Notes under the pieces: model-generated
The model's input: only the letters and a program-made list of their open reading frames with translations
Databases searched by the model: none
What the model was told of the DNA's origin: nothing
Shown here: in pieces, positions 1 through 12,071 of the stretch
Numbering within the stretch: position 1 is the stretch's first letter
Layout: every line of letters starts with the position of its first letter
NCBI RefSeq assembly: GCF_009914755.1
Contig: NC_060928.1
Direction: 5' to 3' (one strand)
DNA length: 64,000 nt
DNA from: the human T2T-CHM13v2.0 reference genome, Homo sapiens
Translations under genes and position numbers: made by a program

Positions 1-1424
1 AGAAGCATCATCTACATCTCCTGCAGAGGTCACCTCTTGACCTCCCTTTGGGTCTAGAGGTGTGAATGGTCTGCTCCCAGGGGGATAAACACAGGGAAGA
101 AGATTACATAGGTCCTGGAAGTGATCCCAAGGCTCATCTGCGCAGGGAATTCACAGTACTTGGTTACCAAAAGTGTAGTCAAGAAGTGGTCATGAAGTTC
201 AGGCTCTGAGTAGGCACGTCCTGTTGGACTTGTAGACTCCTGGCTCCATGGGGAGGAACTCAGGCAGGAGGGCCAGGCAGGCCTCCCTAATTTGGGGTCT
301 CTCTCTTGCCTGAATCTAAGGACAGTGCTGCCAATGCCAGATCTGCTGGTGCTGCTCTGTGAACTGGATATGGCTGCCCATCAACCACAGCATGACTTTT
401 CCCCTGAGCCCGCTCCAGCAACCCAGCTGGAGTGTGTTAATGGCTGAGCCAAGACTTTGCACCCAGCTTTAGCCCACAGTGGGTAAGATGGAGGTGGAGA
501 GCTGTGGAAAACAGAATATGGTCAAAAAATGGCAAATGCCTACTATCCCCAGACTGAAGGCACCACTTCTATTTTGTTTTTTATTTTTTTAATGACACAT
601 TCCAAATCTGAGAATAAATGAAGCAGTTCTAAACAAGTTCTACTCCCAAGCTGTTAGCCCAGAATCTGCACAATTGTTTGAGAAAAAAATATAAATGGGA
701 TCATTTTTGTTCAAAGTGGTCAAAAAAGAAAGGAAGCATGGAATTATCAATTATCTTCTACTGGAAGCAAATGAAGAAGTTTGTTGTTCCTATTCATTTT
801 ATTTCTGTCTTTAGGCCTGGGCCATCTTCTCACAGGCTAGGAGGAGTGAGATTTTTCTACATCTTAGCCATAAGTCAGTGTGGTAGACATTTGCTGCTTT
901 TGCCCATCCAACATCTGTCTCTTCTTTCTCTGCTCTTCTGTTCTTCTGGAAACAGCTTTCAGTTTTTTTGAGTGTGGTTGACCAACTCCCGATCTAGAAG
1001 TAGGCGTTCGACCCATTAGTCTCTCCCATTCAGAAGATCATACACTTATGATCACAGTAATTGGTTCATGGATGTTTGAATACTTTCAAGAGCATAAGGC
1101 ATTCCTAACCTGTAAATATTTAAGGTGGAGATATTTAAGAAAGAGGAATTTTTGGATGGAGGTCAGGAGAGGTAAGTAATTAGAAGCTCTTTCTTAGATC
1201 CCAGGACTTGCCTGGGCCGACCCCCTCAGCCTTAACATTAAGCCAGAGCCAAGTGCCCTAATTCTTCCTGCTGATGGCAAGAATGTTGTTACTTCTGTGT
1301 GCTTGGTTCTTTTTGGATGCAGTTCTCAGATAAAGGACACTACCCAGTTGCCTGCTTTTCTAGGTCCTTTTTTCTCCAGTGAAAGAGACTTCTTTGTGGA
1401 CAGTGTAACTCTGGGATGCAACAC

Positions 1425-1530
1425 ACTTGAGTTTGAATCCTAGTTCTATTACTTAGCTGCATGCCTCAATTTCTTCGTCTGTAAAAGCGGATGATCTTCA
1501 ACCTGGGAAGGAAAATGAAGTCCTAGGTGT
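1425..1530 (+). mobile_element. MIR SINE fragment
   Basis: Degenerate MIR core: 'gagtttgaatcctagttctattactta...gcctcaatttcttcgtctgtaaaa'; boundaries approximate. Confidence 0.55.
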
Positions 1531-3447
1531 TGAGGAGGGTTTTTGATGCTCCTGGGAATTTTGTCTTGCAACAAAAAATGGGCTTGGAGTAGATTAAATG
1601 TGAAATAAGACTGTAAAGCAACTGATCTGCTCCCACCAACCACACAAGGAAGTCTGCCTCTTTGTTTTCTAGTTGCACCTTCTACATGTTTAGCAGAGTT
1701 CATTGTGCATGGCATGTGCTCAGAAAATAGTTATTAATTGATTTATTTTTGTTGTTTGATTCAATTTAATTCATTGCGATGTTTGATTTGATTCAATTCA
1801 CACAACAAATACAAGTTATTATACCTGGTGCTGTGAGGCATATGTGTGATGAGACATCACTGCCCTGTAGAATGTACTAGAACGACTGAGATAATCCTGA
1901 ATGAACAAAGGCAGCACTGCTAGCCACATCTTCTTATTGGGGAAAATGGATCTGCTTATGTCTGCAGCTTTCTTTTAATGGAAGTTTGTAATCCTTGCTG
2001 TTTTTCCTCTGGCCAGCACCCAGGTTGCTACTGAAACTTCCCCACTGAGGGTTTTCCTTTGACTTGTGAGTGAGCAACACTCTTAGTTTGACCCAATTTA
2101 TCTCCCAGCTAGGACCTGCCTGGGGTTTATGCTCCCCTCTCTTCCTGCACCTTTTCTACTGGAGTCTCAGGCTGCTCTCCTGTGTCCTGGGGTCCCCACC
2201 CCTGCCCTCCTGGCAGGGAGTGAGGCTGCAAAGGGACACTACGCCAATTTACATGGACTAGACTGTGTGTGGCTCTCACTCTTGGGGAGACCCTTCTGTG
2301 AATTTTTCTTTTTCTTTGCCTTGGCTGAGGTTTGGAGAGGTAGAGCAGTGGCAGGGGGTAGAAAGGCAATGAGGCCCTTAGGTTACTTCTTCTAGGCCTG
2401 GTGGGGTTGACTGCAGACCAGAAGATCTGGCCCCTCTCCTGGATTCTGGGCCCAAGTCAAGGCCAAAGTCAATTCAGCAGCTGCCTTGGCATCAATAGAA
2501 GTTTTCATGGCAGTGCTGGAGACTTCAAGGGCATTAGCTATCTATTTCTTTTGGAATCATCAAAAGAAAAGAAAACTCTTCCTTGCTGTTAGACACTGCC
2601 AAACTCAATTATCCTTAGTAAGGGAGAAAGAAGGGACACTCATTTGTGCTTTGAGAGAACTTATGACAAAGGGATGAGCAAACACATTATACTCTGGATC
2701 TAAACAGCAACCAACACATTCATTTCTTTAAGTACCATCCTGCATCTAGTATTATGATGAAATATACATTCAAGATCCATCCACACCAGGGACTTGCTGT
2801 TCATTGAGCATGTATCAATGAACGTTTATTCAGAATGAGCTACACAAAATGCTCTGTTCTGAGCGTTTAGTTGATGGAAAGGTCTCTTGGGAATTGACTA
2901 AGGTTATTTAAGTTCTTCTGTTCTAGCACCTCTGGGGCACCAGCAGAATCACCAGCAGACTCTCCTGTGGGGTGCTGCCCCAGTGGTGCTCAGTGACTGG
3001 TCTGGGTGGTTCCAGCCTTTGCCTCAGGCTCCCTTCTGGCATCCCTTCTTTGAGTACTGATGATTAGTTTACAGCGCGTGTTTCAACTTTTCGGTGGCAT
3101 CGAGCACAGAGAGCCCAGCACAGGTCTCTGCACAAGGGTTCTGACTTGCTGTGGAAATTGGACAGATGTGGCTCTCCTTAGCACTCCCCTTCCCTGGGCC
3201 ACATTCACCTCTTGCACTAAATTCTATGCTGATCACTGGTCTTGGTGAGTTGAGTATTGGACAAAAAAGTTTTAACCTAGTGAGCTCAAAGAGTACCGTC
3301 TTTTGCTCCTTCTTTCACTGCTTATGCCATTTTCATCCACCTCCCATTCTATCGATCTGTTATTTTTTTCTGGAGTGGGTATGAGTATAATTGTATAATT
3401 GATGATTGTAGCTATTTAATATGGTTTAATATAGAGAAGTCCGATCA

Positions 3448-4212
3448 TGTGATAGAATTTGTTAGTAGTCTTTCAAAATCCATGCTCACCTTCTTTTCTT
3501 TTTTTTTTTTTTTGAGATGGAGTCTCCCTCTGTCACCAGGCTGGAGTGCAGTGCAATCTTCGTCTCCTGGGTTCAAGTGACTCTCCTGCCTCGGCCTCCC
3601 TAGTAGCAGGGACTACAGGCACATGCCACCACACCCAGCTAATTTTTGTATTTTTAGTGGAGATGGGGCTTCACCATGTTGGCCAGGCTGGTCTCGAACT
3701 CCTGACCTCAATTGATCCGCCCATCTCTGCCTCCCAAAGTGCTGAGATTATAGGTGTAGGCCACCGTGCCTGGACACCTTTTTTTTATACTAATAGAACC
3801 CTCAATTTTTAGGTGGGCATCTGAATGCCAACAACAAAAACTGCTTTTCCCAACCTCTCTTGAAGTTAAGTGTGGCCATATGATCATGACTTCCCCAGTG
3901 GACCGTAAGTGGAAGTGGTGTGCTCAATTTTTGGGAAAAGCTGTTTATGGAAAGGAGTGTACCCTGTTTCCCACCTCTTCCCTTTTCCTCCTGTAAACAT
4001 ATTTGGAGCTTAGCAGCTATTTTGTCCTCAAGGTGGACAGAGGAACAAGATGAAGGAGATGGGTTTTCTGGTACCATGAGGGCCTTCTAGGGCCGTACCC
4101 CTGACCTCTGGGCCATGCTTACTCAAGAGAGAAACAGTCTTTGATTTTACTTTTGCCACTGTTATTTTGACTGTTCTATTACTCTGAACTCAACTTAATC
4201 CTGACTGATATA
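3448..4212 (+). mobile_element. Old MaLR LTR (MLT1I/J-like), split by an Alu
   Basis: MLT1-type motifs 'ttcccaacctctcttgaagttaagtgtggccatatgat' and 3' end 'taatcctgactgatata'; continues on both sides of the Alu at 3494-3775. Confidence 0.55.
3494..3775 (-). mobile_element. AluS-type SINE
   Basis: Poly-T then reverse-complement Alu body 'gagatggagtctc...ctcccaaagtgctgagatta...cctggac'; short deletion in right arm; 'cacctt' on both flanks. Confidence 0.95.
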
Positions 4213-4929
4213 AACTTTATAATTGTTTTTGACAAAAGCAAATCCTATTGTGGTTCCTATGGGACTTATATTACATTTATGTGTTAATTTAGGGAGAATT
4301 GACTTCCTAATAATTCTTTCTATCCAAGAACCTGTTCTGTGCTTTCATTTACTCATGTCTTTTAAAATAATATTATAAGCATTAAAAAAACAAAACATAA
4401 AACTTTGTTGTTTTCTTTGTTTTCCATATTGTGCATATCAAGCATATACTACTCTATAAAATTCTAAAATTAATATAAAACCAAATAAAGCACTACAGGG
4501 CAATGCATAAATGTAAGCCCAAGGTGAGCCTAAATAAAGGAAAATAATCCTTCTCTAAGTTGAACTTTTTTGTCTATTTGAAAATTTTATGACATTTCTC
4601 CTTCCATATTTGATTTACAGAAAGCAAGTTGACTGTTGAACACTCCAATGTTCATTAAAGCAGCCTTTTGAAGCATAATTGCTTACCAGAAATACTTAGA
4701 AAATCATTTGTACTTCATGTTTCTATTTGGGTGCTTTATTTCTTAATAGAATCTCATCCTTGTTATCTAAGAGTGGTGTATAAATTGGGGGAGCATATAG
4801 GCAGTAGATGAAATGCAAAAGCTTTCATGAAATATCAGGCTTCACAGCTGAGAACACAGCTTGGTATTTGTAACCAGAGGAGCTAGATTTGACACTGGGA
4901 GTAAGTTGTAGAAAGGAGTAGATGTAAGA

Positions 4930-5080
4930 CCGTGTACAGGTCACTTACCATCTTACCATCTTGAAACTCCAGTTTCCCCATGTATAACTTGGGAATGATA
5001 AAAATACTTGCTCAAATTTTTCTTTACAATGTTGTAAAGGTTGTTAAAGATGATGGGTGCAAAAATGCTTTATACATTTT
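4930..5080 (+). mobile_element. MIR fragment
   Basis: 'ggtcactta...ctccagtttccccatgtataacttgggaatgataa...gttgtaaagg' resembles MIR core and 3' part. Confidence 0.5.
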
Positions 5081-5100
5081 AAAATCTGTTTAAGAATGAG

Positions 5101-5504
5101 TGATATGGGTTGGCTATTTGTTACCTCCAAATCTTATGTTGAAATGTGATTCCCAATGTTGGAGGTGGGGACTAGTGGGAGGTGTTTGGGTCGTGGTGGC
5201 AGATCCCTAATGAATGGCTTGGTGGCCTCACTTTGATAATGAGCCCATACAAGACCTGGTTTTTTGAAGGAGCGTGGTGCCTCCCCCTCTCTCTTGCCCC
5301 CTCTCTCATCATGTGACATGCCTGCTTCTGCTTTGCCTTCCGCTATGAGTAAAAGCTCCCTGAGGCCTCACTAGAAGCCAAGCAGATACTGGCACCAAGC
5401 TTCCTGTTCAGCCTGCAGAACTATAAGCCAATTAAACCTCTTTTCTTTATAAATTGCCCAGCCTCAGGTGTTTCTTCACAGCAATGCAAGAATGGACTAA
5501 CACA
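5101..5504 (+). mobile_element. MSTA/MSTB-type MaLR LTR
   Basis: Starts TGATATGG, contains 'gccaattaaacctcttttctttataaatt', ends 'aatggactaacaca'. Confidence 0.9.
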
Positions 5505-5797
5505 GAAAACTGGTACTGAGGAGTGAGGTGTGAGATGTTGCTATAAAGATACTTGAAGATGTGGAAGTGACTTTAGAACTGAGTAATGGGCAGAGGTTAG
5601 AAGACTTTGGAGGGCTCAGAAGAAGACAGGAAGATAAGGAAAGTTTGGAACTTCTTAAGAGACTGGTTAAATGATTTTGACCAAAATGCTAATAGAAATA
5701 TGGATAGTGAATACCAGGCTGACAAAGTCTCAGATGGAAATGAGGAGCTTCTTGTGAACTGGAGTAAAAGTCACCCATGTTATGCCCTAGCAAAGAA
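5505..5797 (+). mobile_element. MST-int (MaLR internal) 5' fragment
   Basis: Directly follows the LTR: 'gaaaactggtactgaggagtg...ttggagggctcagaagaagacagga...tcagatggaaatgaggagctt'; stops abruptly. Confidence 0.85.
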
Positions 5798-6270
5798 GGA
5801 TCGCTTTTTTGTTGCAAGTAACAGAAACCTCAAAAGATGTTGGCATAAACATGAGGGAATAAATTAGGTCATAAACAGTGTGTACAGAGGTTAGACAGGA
5901 TTCAGGCTTGGTTGATTCAGGATCCAGGTTCTTTGCACCTCCCTTCAATGCTGGTTTCTTTCTCAGGTAGGTAGCAAGATGGCTGCAGCAGATCCAGCAC
6001 TCACCTCCAGACAGGGCAATGTTCAGGAGAAAGAGAAAATGCGTTGTTAACACTCTGCTTTAGGAACAAGACACTTTGCCCAAAACCCCTCATCTGTCCT
6101 GAAGAACTCTAACCACACCTTACTGGGCAGACCTAAATTGCATATGCATTCCCGAAATCACTGTGAATGTCGATGAGATATGTCAACCTGGCCCATCTTC
6201 AGAACTGGAGATGCCTCATTCCCCCAAGGCAATGGTGGTTTTTGAGAGAAGTGGATACCTGGACAAACCC
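5798..6270 (-). mobile_element. Old MLT1K/L-like LTR relic
   Basis: 'gttgcaagtaacagaaacc...gcaagatggctgcagca' is typical of antisense old MLT1; approximate. Confidence 0.5.
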
Positions 6271-6284
6271 GGAGTTTGTTGAGT

Positions 6285-6762
6285 GTATCAGAGGCGATTA
6301 GTGACCTGCCCTTATTGTCTTGTTGTGCACTGTTTCTGGTGCACACTGGTAACTTCCTACTGCAAGTATCTGTGACTCTCTTTCTGAGGAATTTCTCTGG
6401 CTATGGGAGCTTGCATGGTCTGCTTGGAGTAGGCTGAAAAGTGCTGAGGAATTAATGTTCCTGGAAGGAGCCCTCAGTTGGTGATAGATGAGAACTGAAG
6501 GACAGTACCGCAGCTTCCTTGTCCCTTGGTGGAAAAACTCTAAGTTATGTTCTACTCCATTTCACACAGGTTCCCAGTGGTATGGAGTTCCAGTTGCCCA
6601 CAGAGATGATTTGCTCATTAATATAGTCTGTGTTGGCTTCTTTTCTTTCCTGGATCACTTCCTCACACGCTTACCAGTATTTCCTGGTATCACCTCTCAA
6701 CCAAACAACTTGTACCCAAGTCCTTGCTGGAGGGTCTGCTACTGAGGGAGCTCAACCAAAGT
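6285..6762 (+). mobile_element. LTR16-family (ERVL) LTR
   Basis: 3' end 'ttcctggtatcacctctcaaccaaacaacttgtacccaagtccttgctggagggtctgct' matches the LTR16 terminus. Confidence 0.65.
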
Positions 6763-9097
6763 TGGTAGGAGGAAGAAGGGGGAAAGAGTTCTGTGTAGGA
6801 AATGAACAGTGTCCTCTACTGGCACATGTCCTCTACTGGCACATTCAGGAGCCACTTGTAAAACTTCCCAGGGTTTGTATTTATCGGTCTGCCAACTACA
6901 GCCTCCCAAAATGAATCCAAAACTAAGATTGAGCCTCAACATTCCCAAACATATTTATAAACCTGAAAACTTTCTGATGAAATGCAAAATTGTAGGCTTT
7001 CTGCAAACTTGATGCATGTAATTAGTAGACATAAAGTCTTCTGAATAAACTTATGAGGCTTTATTTAGCTAGAATGTGTCAGATTGAACATTTTAAAATA
7101 CATGTTTTCTTTCCAGTATACCTGTCTTTCCCCGCAGATGTTGATTTCTTGAGGATTTTGGTTATTTGAAATTTGGATTGTTTTCCTAAATCTGCTTTGT
7201 AGAGATGTGGGAGATTATTTAGTGTGGAATAATATATTTTTTGAAAATTTATTTATTCGCATAAAGTCTTTAGCTCATTAGTTTATAATATTCTTGGAGT
7301 TATTATTTTAAAACTTGTGGTTCAAAGGGGATATAACAACTAGATGGATAGGAAAAATTGAAAGCTTGATTTTTCCTCAGCTAAAATTGGAAACCAGAAC
7401 TTTATCACTCCTATTTTTACAGATGCCATGTGGCGGGAACCTTGGCCAACTGGGATGTGGGTGGCTGAGTCTTTCTTCAGCTTCTTACTGGAAACTGAGG
7501 CGTTTTCTTGACAGCAGTAATAAATCAGACATCCACAGGAAGCAAAGAGATCATTGAAATGAAACATAAGCTGTAAAATGTTCTGCCTCATATTATGACA
7601 GCCCTTTCCTTGGTGGGCTCTCTCTTTGGACCCATTAGAGAAACAGATCTCCAATTTACAGGAGGATGCATAAATTGGAGATGTAAAAATTACTAGATTT
7701 TATGGAAATATTGATTTGTTCACAGTGCACACAGGTCTAAGTTAACTTAAAGAGCACATCCCATAAACTCTATTAAGCCTAACTTGTCTTAGGCTATTAC
7801 AAATCTGTGTATTGTTGGACTTTCTGAATTTATATTTTTGACTTTCTTTAATGTGAGCATCCTTCAACAGGTATCATAAACATTCAAAAGGGATTTACTG
7901 TAGTCATAGGAACAAAATGACTATTCTGAGAATTTCATTCTGGCAAACTGAATGATGTACTGCTAGTTATATATGTCTATTGAACCATGACTCTTTCCAT
8001 AGGAAAACTCTGAGATTACTATCATCAGAGTCACCATATCCATAACCAACTGAATGCTTCTGATGTATTTTAATCTGGTTTTGTTGATAGTGATAAAACA
8101 CTGGCTTGGCTCTATTTGGACTGAGTAATTTAAAAATATTTTACATTGATGAAATCATATTTTAATAATAAAGTTAATTAAATATATTGACTTTTTCCCA
8201 AGTTTAGAAGCAGCAACTATTTCACAAAGAGGAAAAAATGTTGTCAATACTTACATAAGATTATTTAATTTCAGTTGATTCTTGTACGAAGAACTATAGA
8301 AATAGTTGATCTTTCTTCTTTTTTCGAATTAAAATGAGCAGCCTCTGATTTTCCCTCCATTCCTCTCAGGGCCATCTCAACCAGCTTGTTGAAACCAGAA
8401 TGCACTTGAGGAGGCCAAATATCTCCATATAATAGTGGTTGCATAACCAATGAAAATGAAATATTTTAAAAATCAAATGGGCAGAATGATTCCCTTAGTT
8501 GTGGCACTCTTTTAAGCATAATCACACCGGAAAATAGATTAGAATGGAGTTGTGAAAATTTTGAAGTACCACACATTCATTATTGTTACCACCATTGTAC
8601 ACCCACATATTGACTTAAACAAAATATTATTTCTTAAATTTGAGGCATAAACACTATTCCACTTACTGGCTTGAATTTAGGATTTTTGAGCTTGTTTAAT
8701 GTGTTTAAAGATTTCTTAGTGTTTTTACATAATTCATTGCTATTGTTAAGTAAAATCACCATAATTCCACAGTAGTATACCCCTACAATATTTCAGAACT
8801 TGTTTTAGACAAAGAGAATACATCTCTTGTTATTCATAACCCCTACCCCACTTATAGAGATCTAGGAAGTAGAAATCTAGGGGACACTACTGCTGGAATA
8901 CCCAGCATTTATCCCCATCACTTTCCCCTCTGATAGAACCATAATTCTAATTAGTCAACTGCTTTTTCTCTGCACTGCTTGGAAAGTGACTCCCATCTTG
9001 ACCTCCAGTGATGTAATCTGATTATTTTAAGCCAGTTGTAGTAATTCTTACAACTATGATTGGTTCAGGAACTAAGGCAAAAAATTTCTGTCTTTTG

Positions 9098-10167
9098 AAA
9101 AGCAATTGCAACAAAAGCAAAAATTGACAAATGGGATCTAATTAAATGAAAGAGCTTCTGCACAGCAAAAGAAACTATCAACACAGAAAACAGACAACCT
9201 ACAGAATGCGAGAAAATGTTTGCAAACTATGCATGTGACAAAGTTCTCATATCCAGCATCTATATGATACCCTAACAAATTTACAAGAGAAAAACCAACA
9301 GCCCCATTAAAAAGTGGGCAAAGCACACGAACAGACACTTCTCAAAAGAAGACATACATGCAGCCAGCAAGCATATGAAAAAAAGCTCAATATCATGGAC
9401 CATTAGAGAAATGTAAATCAAAACCACAGTGACACCATCTGACACCAATCAGAATGACTACTATTAAAAAGTCAAAAAATAACAGATGCTAGTGAGGTTG
9501 TGGAGAAAAAGGAATGCCTATACACTGTTGGTGGCAGTGTAAATTACTTCAACCATTGTGGAAAACAGTGTGCTGATTCCTCAAAGACCTAAAAACAGAA
9601 CTACCATTTGACCCAGCAATCCCATTACTTGGTAAATACCCAAAGAAATATAAATCGTTCTGTCATAAAGACACGTGTGTGTTTGTGTTCATTGCGGCAC
9701 TATTCACAATAGCAAATTCGTGGAATCAACCTAAAAGTCCATTAGTGGTAGGCTGGATAGAGAAAATGGGACATGTATACACCATGGAATACTATGCAGC
9801 CATAAAAATGAATGAGATCATGTTCTTTGCAGGAACATGGATGGAGGTGGAGGCCATTATTCTTAGCAAACTAACACAAGAACAGAAAAACCAAATACCA
9901 TGAGTTCTCACTTATAAGTGGGAGCTAAATGATGAGAACACATGGACACATAGAGGAGAACAACAGGCACTGGGGCCTACTGGAGGGTGAAGTTTGGGAG
10001 GAGGGAGAGAATCAGGAAAAACAACAAATGGGTATGAAACTTAATACCTGGGTGATGAAATAATCTGTACAACAAACCCCCATGACATAATATATAATCT
10101 ATACATCAAACCTGCACTATATAACAAAACTAGCCCTGAACTTAAAACAAAAGTTTTAAAAAAAATA
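9098..10167 (+). mobile_element. 5'-truncated L1 (L1PA13-16-like): ORF2 C-terminus plus 3' UTR
   Basis: ORF2 C-terminal peptide at 9679-9903 ([24 protein letters not shown]); 3' UTR 'ttaatacctgggtgatgaaataatctgtacaacaaacccccatgac'; A-rich tail. Confidence 0.92.
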
Positions 10168-10586
10168 AATATCTACCTTTATCTTTATTGGTAGTTGGGT
10201 TCACATCAAAAGTGATACAATTAGATAATAAGGAAGAAATTTTCTTCCGTGGTTGAAGAAGACTTTTTTTTCTTTCCAACTTGCTGAATACAAAGCAGAA
10301 AGCCTGTTGTCCTATTGCTATTGGCCACTGGCTTGAGACTGTGAGGGAAGTGAACATAGGAACAAATGGATACAGGGAAAGAGCAAAGAAAATTTTAGAG
10401 CAAATGGAAGCCTGATTGTCCTATATCTAGATCCTCTCTACTTCTCAAGTTGAAGATGGAGCTTGTGTACTTGAAGCTCATACTATTCTAACTTACAGGA
10501 TGTGAGCATCCAGAGATCTATAGATTCAATGAAATCCCTATCAAAATGCCAATAATTTTTTTGTAGAAATAGAAAAACTCATCCTA

Positions 10587-10895
10587 GTTCACGTCCTTTG
10601 TAGGGACATGGATGAAACTGGTAACCATCATTCTCAGCAAACTATCACAAGGACAAAAAACAAACACCGCATGTTCTCACCCATAGGTGGCAATTGAACA
10701 ATGAGAACACTTGGACACAGGAAGGGGAACATCACACACTGGGGCCTGTCATGGGGTGGGGGGAGGGGGGAGGGAAAGCATTAGGAGATATATCTAATGT
10801 AAATGACGAGCTAATGGGGGCAGCACACCAACATGGCACATGTATACATGTGTAACAAACCTGCACGTTGTTCACATGTACCCTAGAACTTAAAG

Positions 10896-10928
<33 letters not shown>
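10587..10928 (+). mobile_element. Short 5'-truncated L1PA4/5-like 3' end with (TAA)n tail
   Basis: Young L1PA 3' UTR with G-tract and 'gtaccctagaacttaaagtataat'; TSD aaactcatccta (10575-10586) / aaactcattcta (10929-10940). Confidence 0.93.
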
Positions 10929-10931
<3 letters not shown>

Positions 10932-11609
10932 CTCATTCTAAAATTCAAATGAAATCTCAAAACAATCTTGAAAAACAAGAAAAAAGTTGAAGGGATCACA
11001 ATTCTTGATTTCTAAACTTACTACAAAGCTTCGGTAATAAAAACAATGTGGAATTGGCAAGAATACAGACATACAAACCAATGGTATCAGCTAAATAGCC
11101 CAGAAGTAAACCCTCACATATATGGCCAAATGATTTTCAACAAGGGCGCTAAGGCCAGTTGATGGGGAAAGAATAATCTTTTAAAAAACGATGCTGGGAA
11201 AATGAAATATCCACATGCAAAAGAATGAAGTTGGAACCTTATCTTATACCATATACAAAAAATAACTCAAAATAGATCAAAGACCTAAACATAAGAGAGA
11301 AAATGACACAGCTCTCAGAAGAAAACAGAAACAGAAAATCTTCATGTGATTGGATTTGGCAATGATTTCCTGGATATGACAACAAAAGTATAGGCAACAA
11401 AAGGAAACATGCATAAATTGTACTTCATCAAAATTAAAAACTTTGGTATATCAAGTGACCCTACCAAGAGAGGGAAAAGACAATCTACAGTGTGGGGAAA
11501 AAAAAAGTTTGCAAATCATATATCTGATAAGGGGTTAATAGCCAGAATATAGGAAGAACTCCTACAATTCAACAACAACAAAACAATCCAATTCAAAAAT
11601 AAGAAAAGG

Positions 11610-11877
11610 GGCCAGGCGCGGTGGCTCATTCCTGTAATCCCAGCACTTCGGGAGGCGGAGGCAGGTGGATCACGAGGTCGGGAGATTGAGACCATCCTGG
11701 CTAACAGGGGGAAACCCCATCTCTGCTAAAAGTACAAAAAGTTAGCTGGGCGTGGTGGTGGGCACCTGTAGTCCCAGCTACTCAGGAGGCTGAGGCAGGA
11801 GAATGGCATGAACCCAGGAGGTGGAGCTTGCAGTGAGCTGAGATCATGCCACTGGGTGACAGAGCAAGACTCTGTCT

Positions 11878-11920
<43 letters not shown>

Positions 11921-11926
11921 AGAGAG
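11610..11926 (+). mobile_element. AluY SINE
   Basis: AluY diagnostics 'accatcctggctaaca', 'gagaatggcatgaaccc', 'gagcttgcagtgag'; ~39-nt poly(A) plus (GA)n; TSD agaaaagg (11602-11609 / 11927-11934). Confidence 0.93.
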
Positions 11927-12071
11927 AGAAAAGGACTTGTACAGATATTTTTTCAAGACATACAAATGGCCAATAAGCACATGAAAAGATGTTAAACATC
12001 ACTAATCCTTAGGGAAATGCAAGTCAAAACCATAGTGAGATGCCACTTCACACCCATTAAGATGGTGGTAA

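Noticed and set aside
1-500. GC-richer unique stretch, possibly an exon or processed pseudogene
   Set aside because: No sustained ORF on either strand, no poly(A)/TSD, no family recognised
3546-3812. Alu-derived ORFs (also 11726, 19595, 21339, 55587, 56127)
   Set aside because: Standard Alu reading-frame artefacts, not genes
7410-7501. Acceptor-like 'ctatttttacag|atg' followed by an open frame
   Set aside because: Resembles the MIR motif 'cccattttacagatg...ggaaactgaggc'; no donor or homology evident
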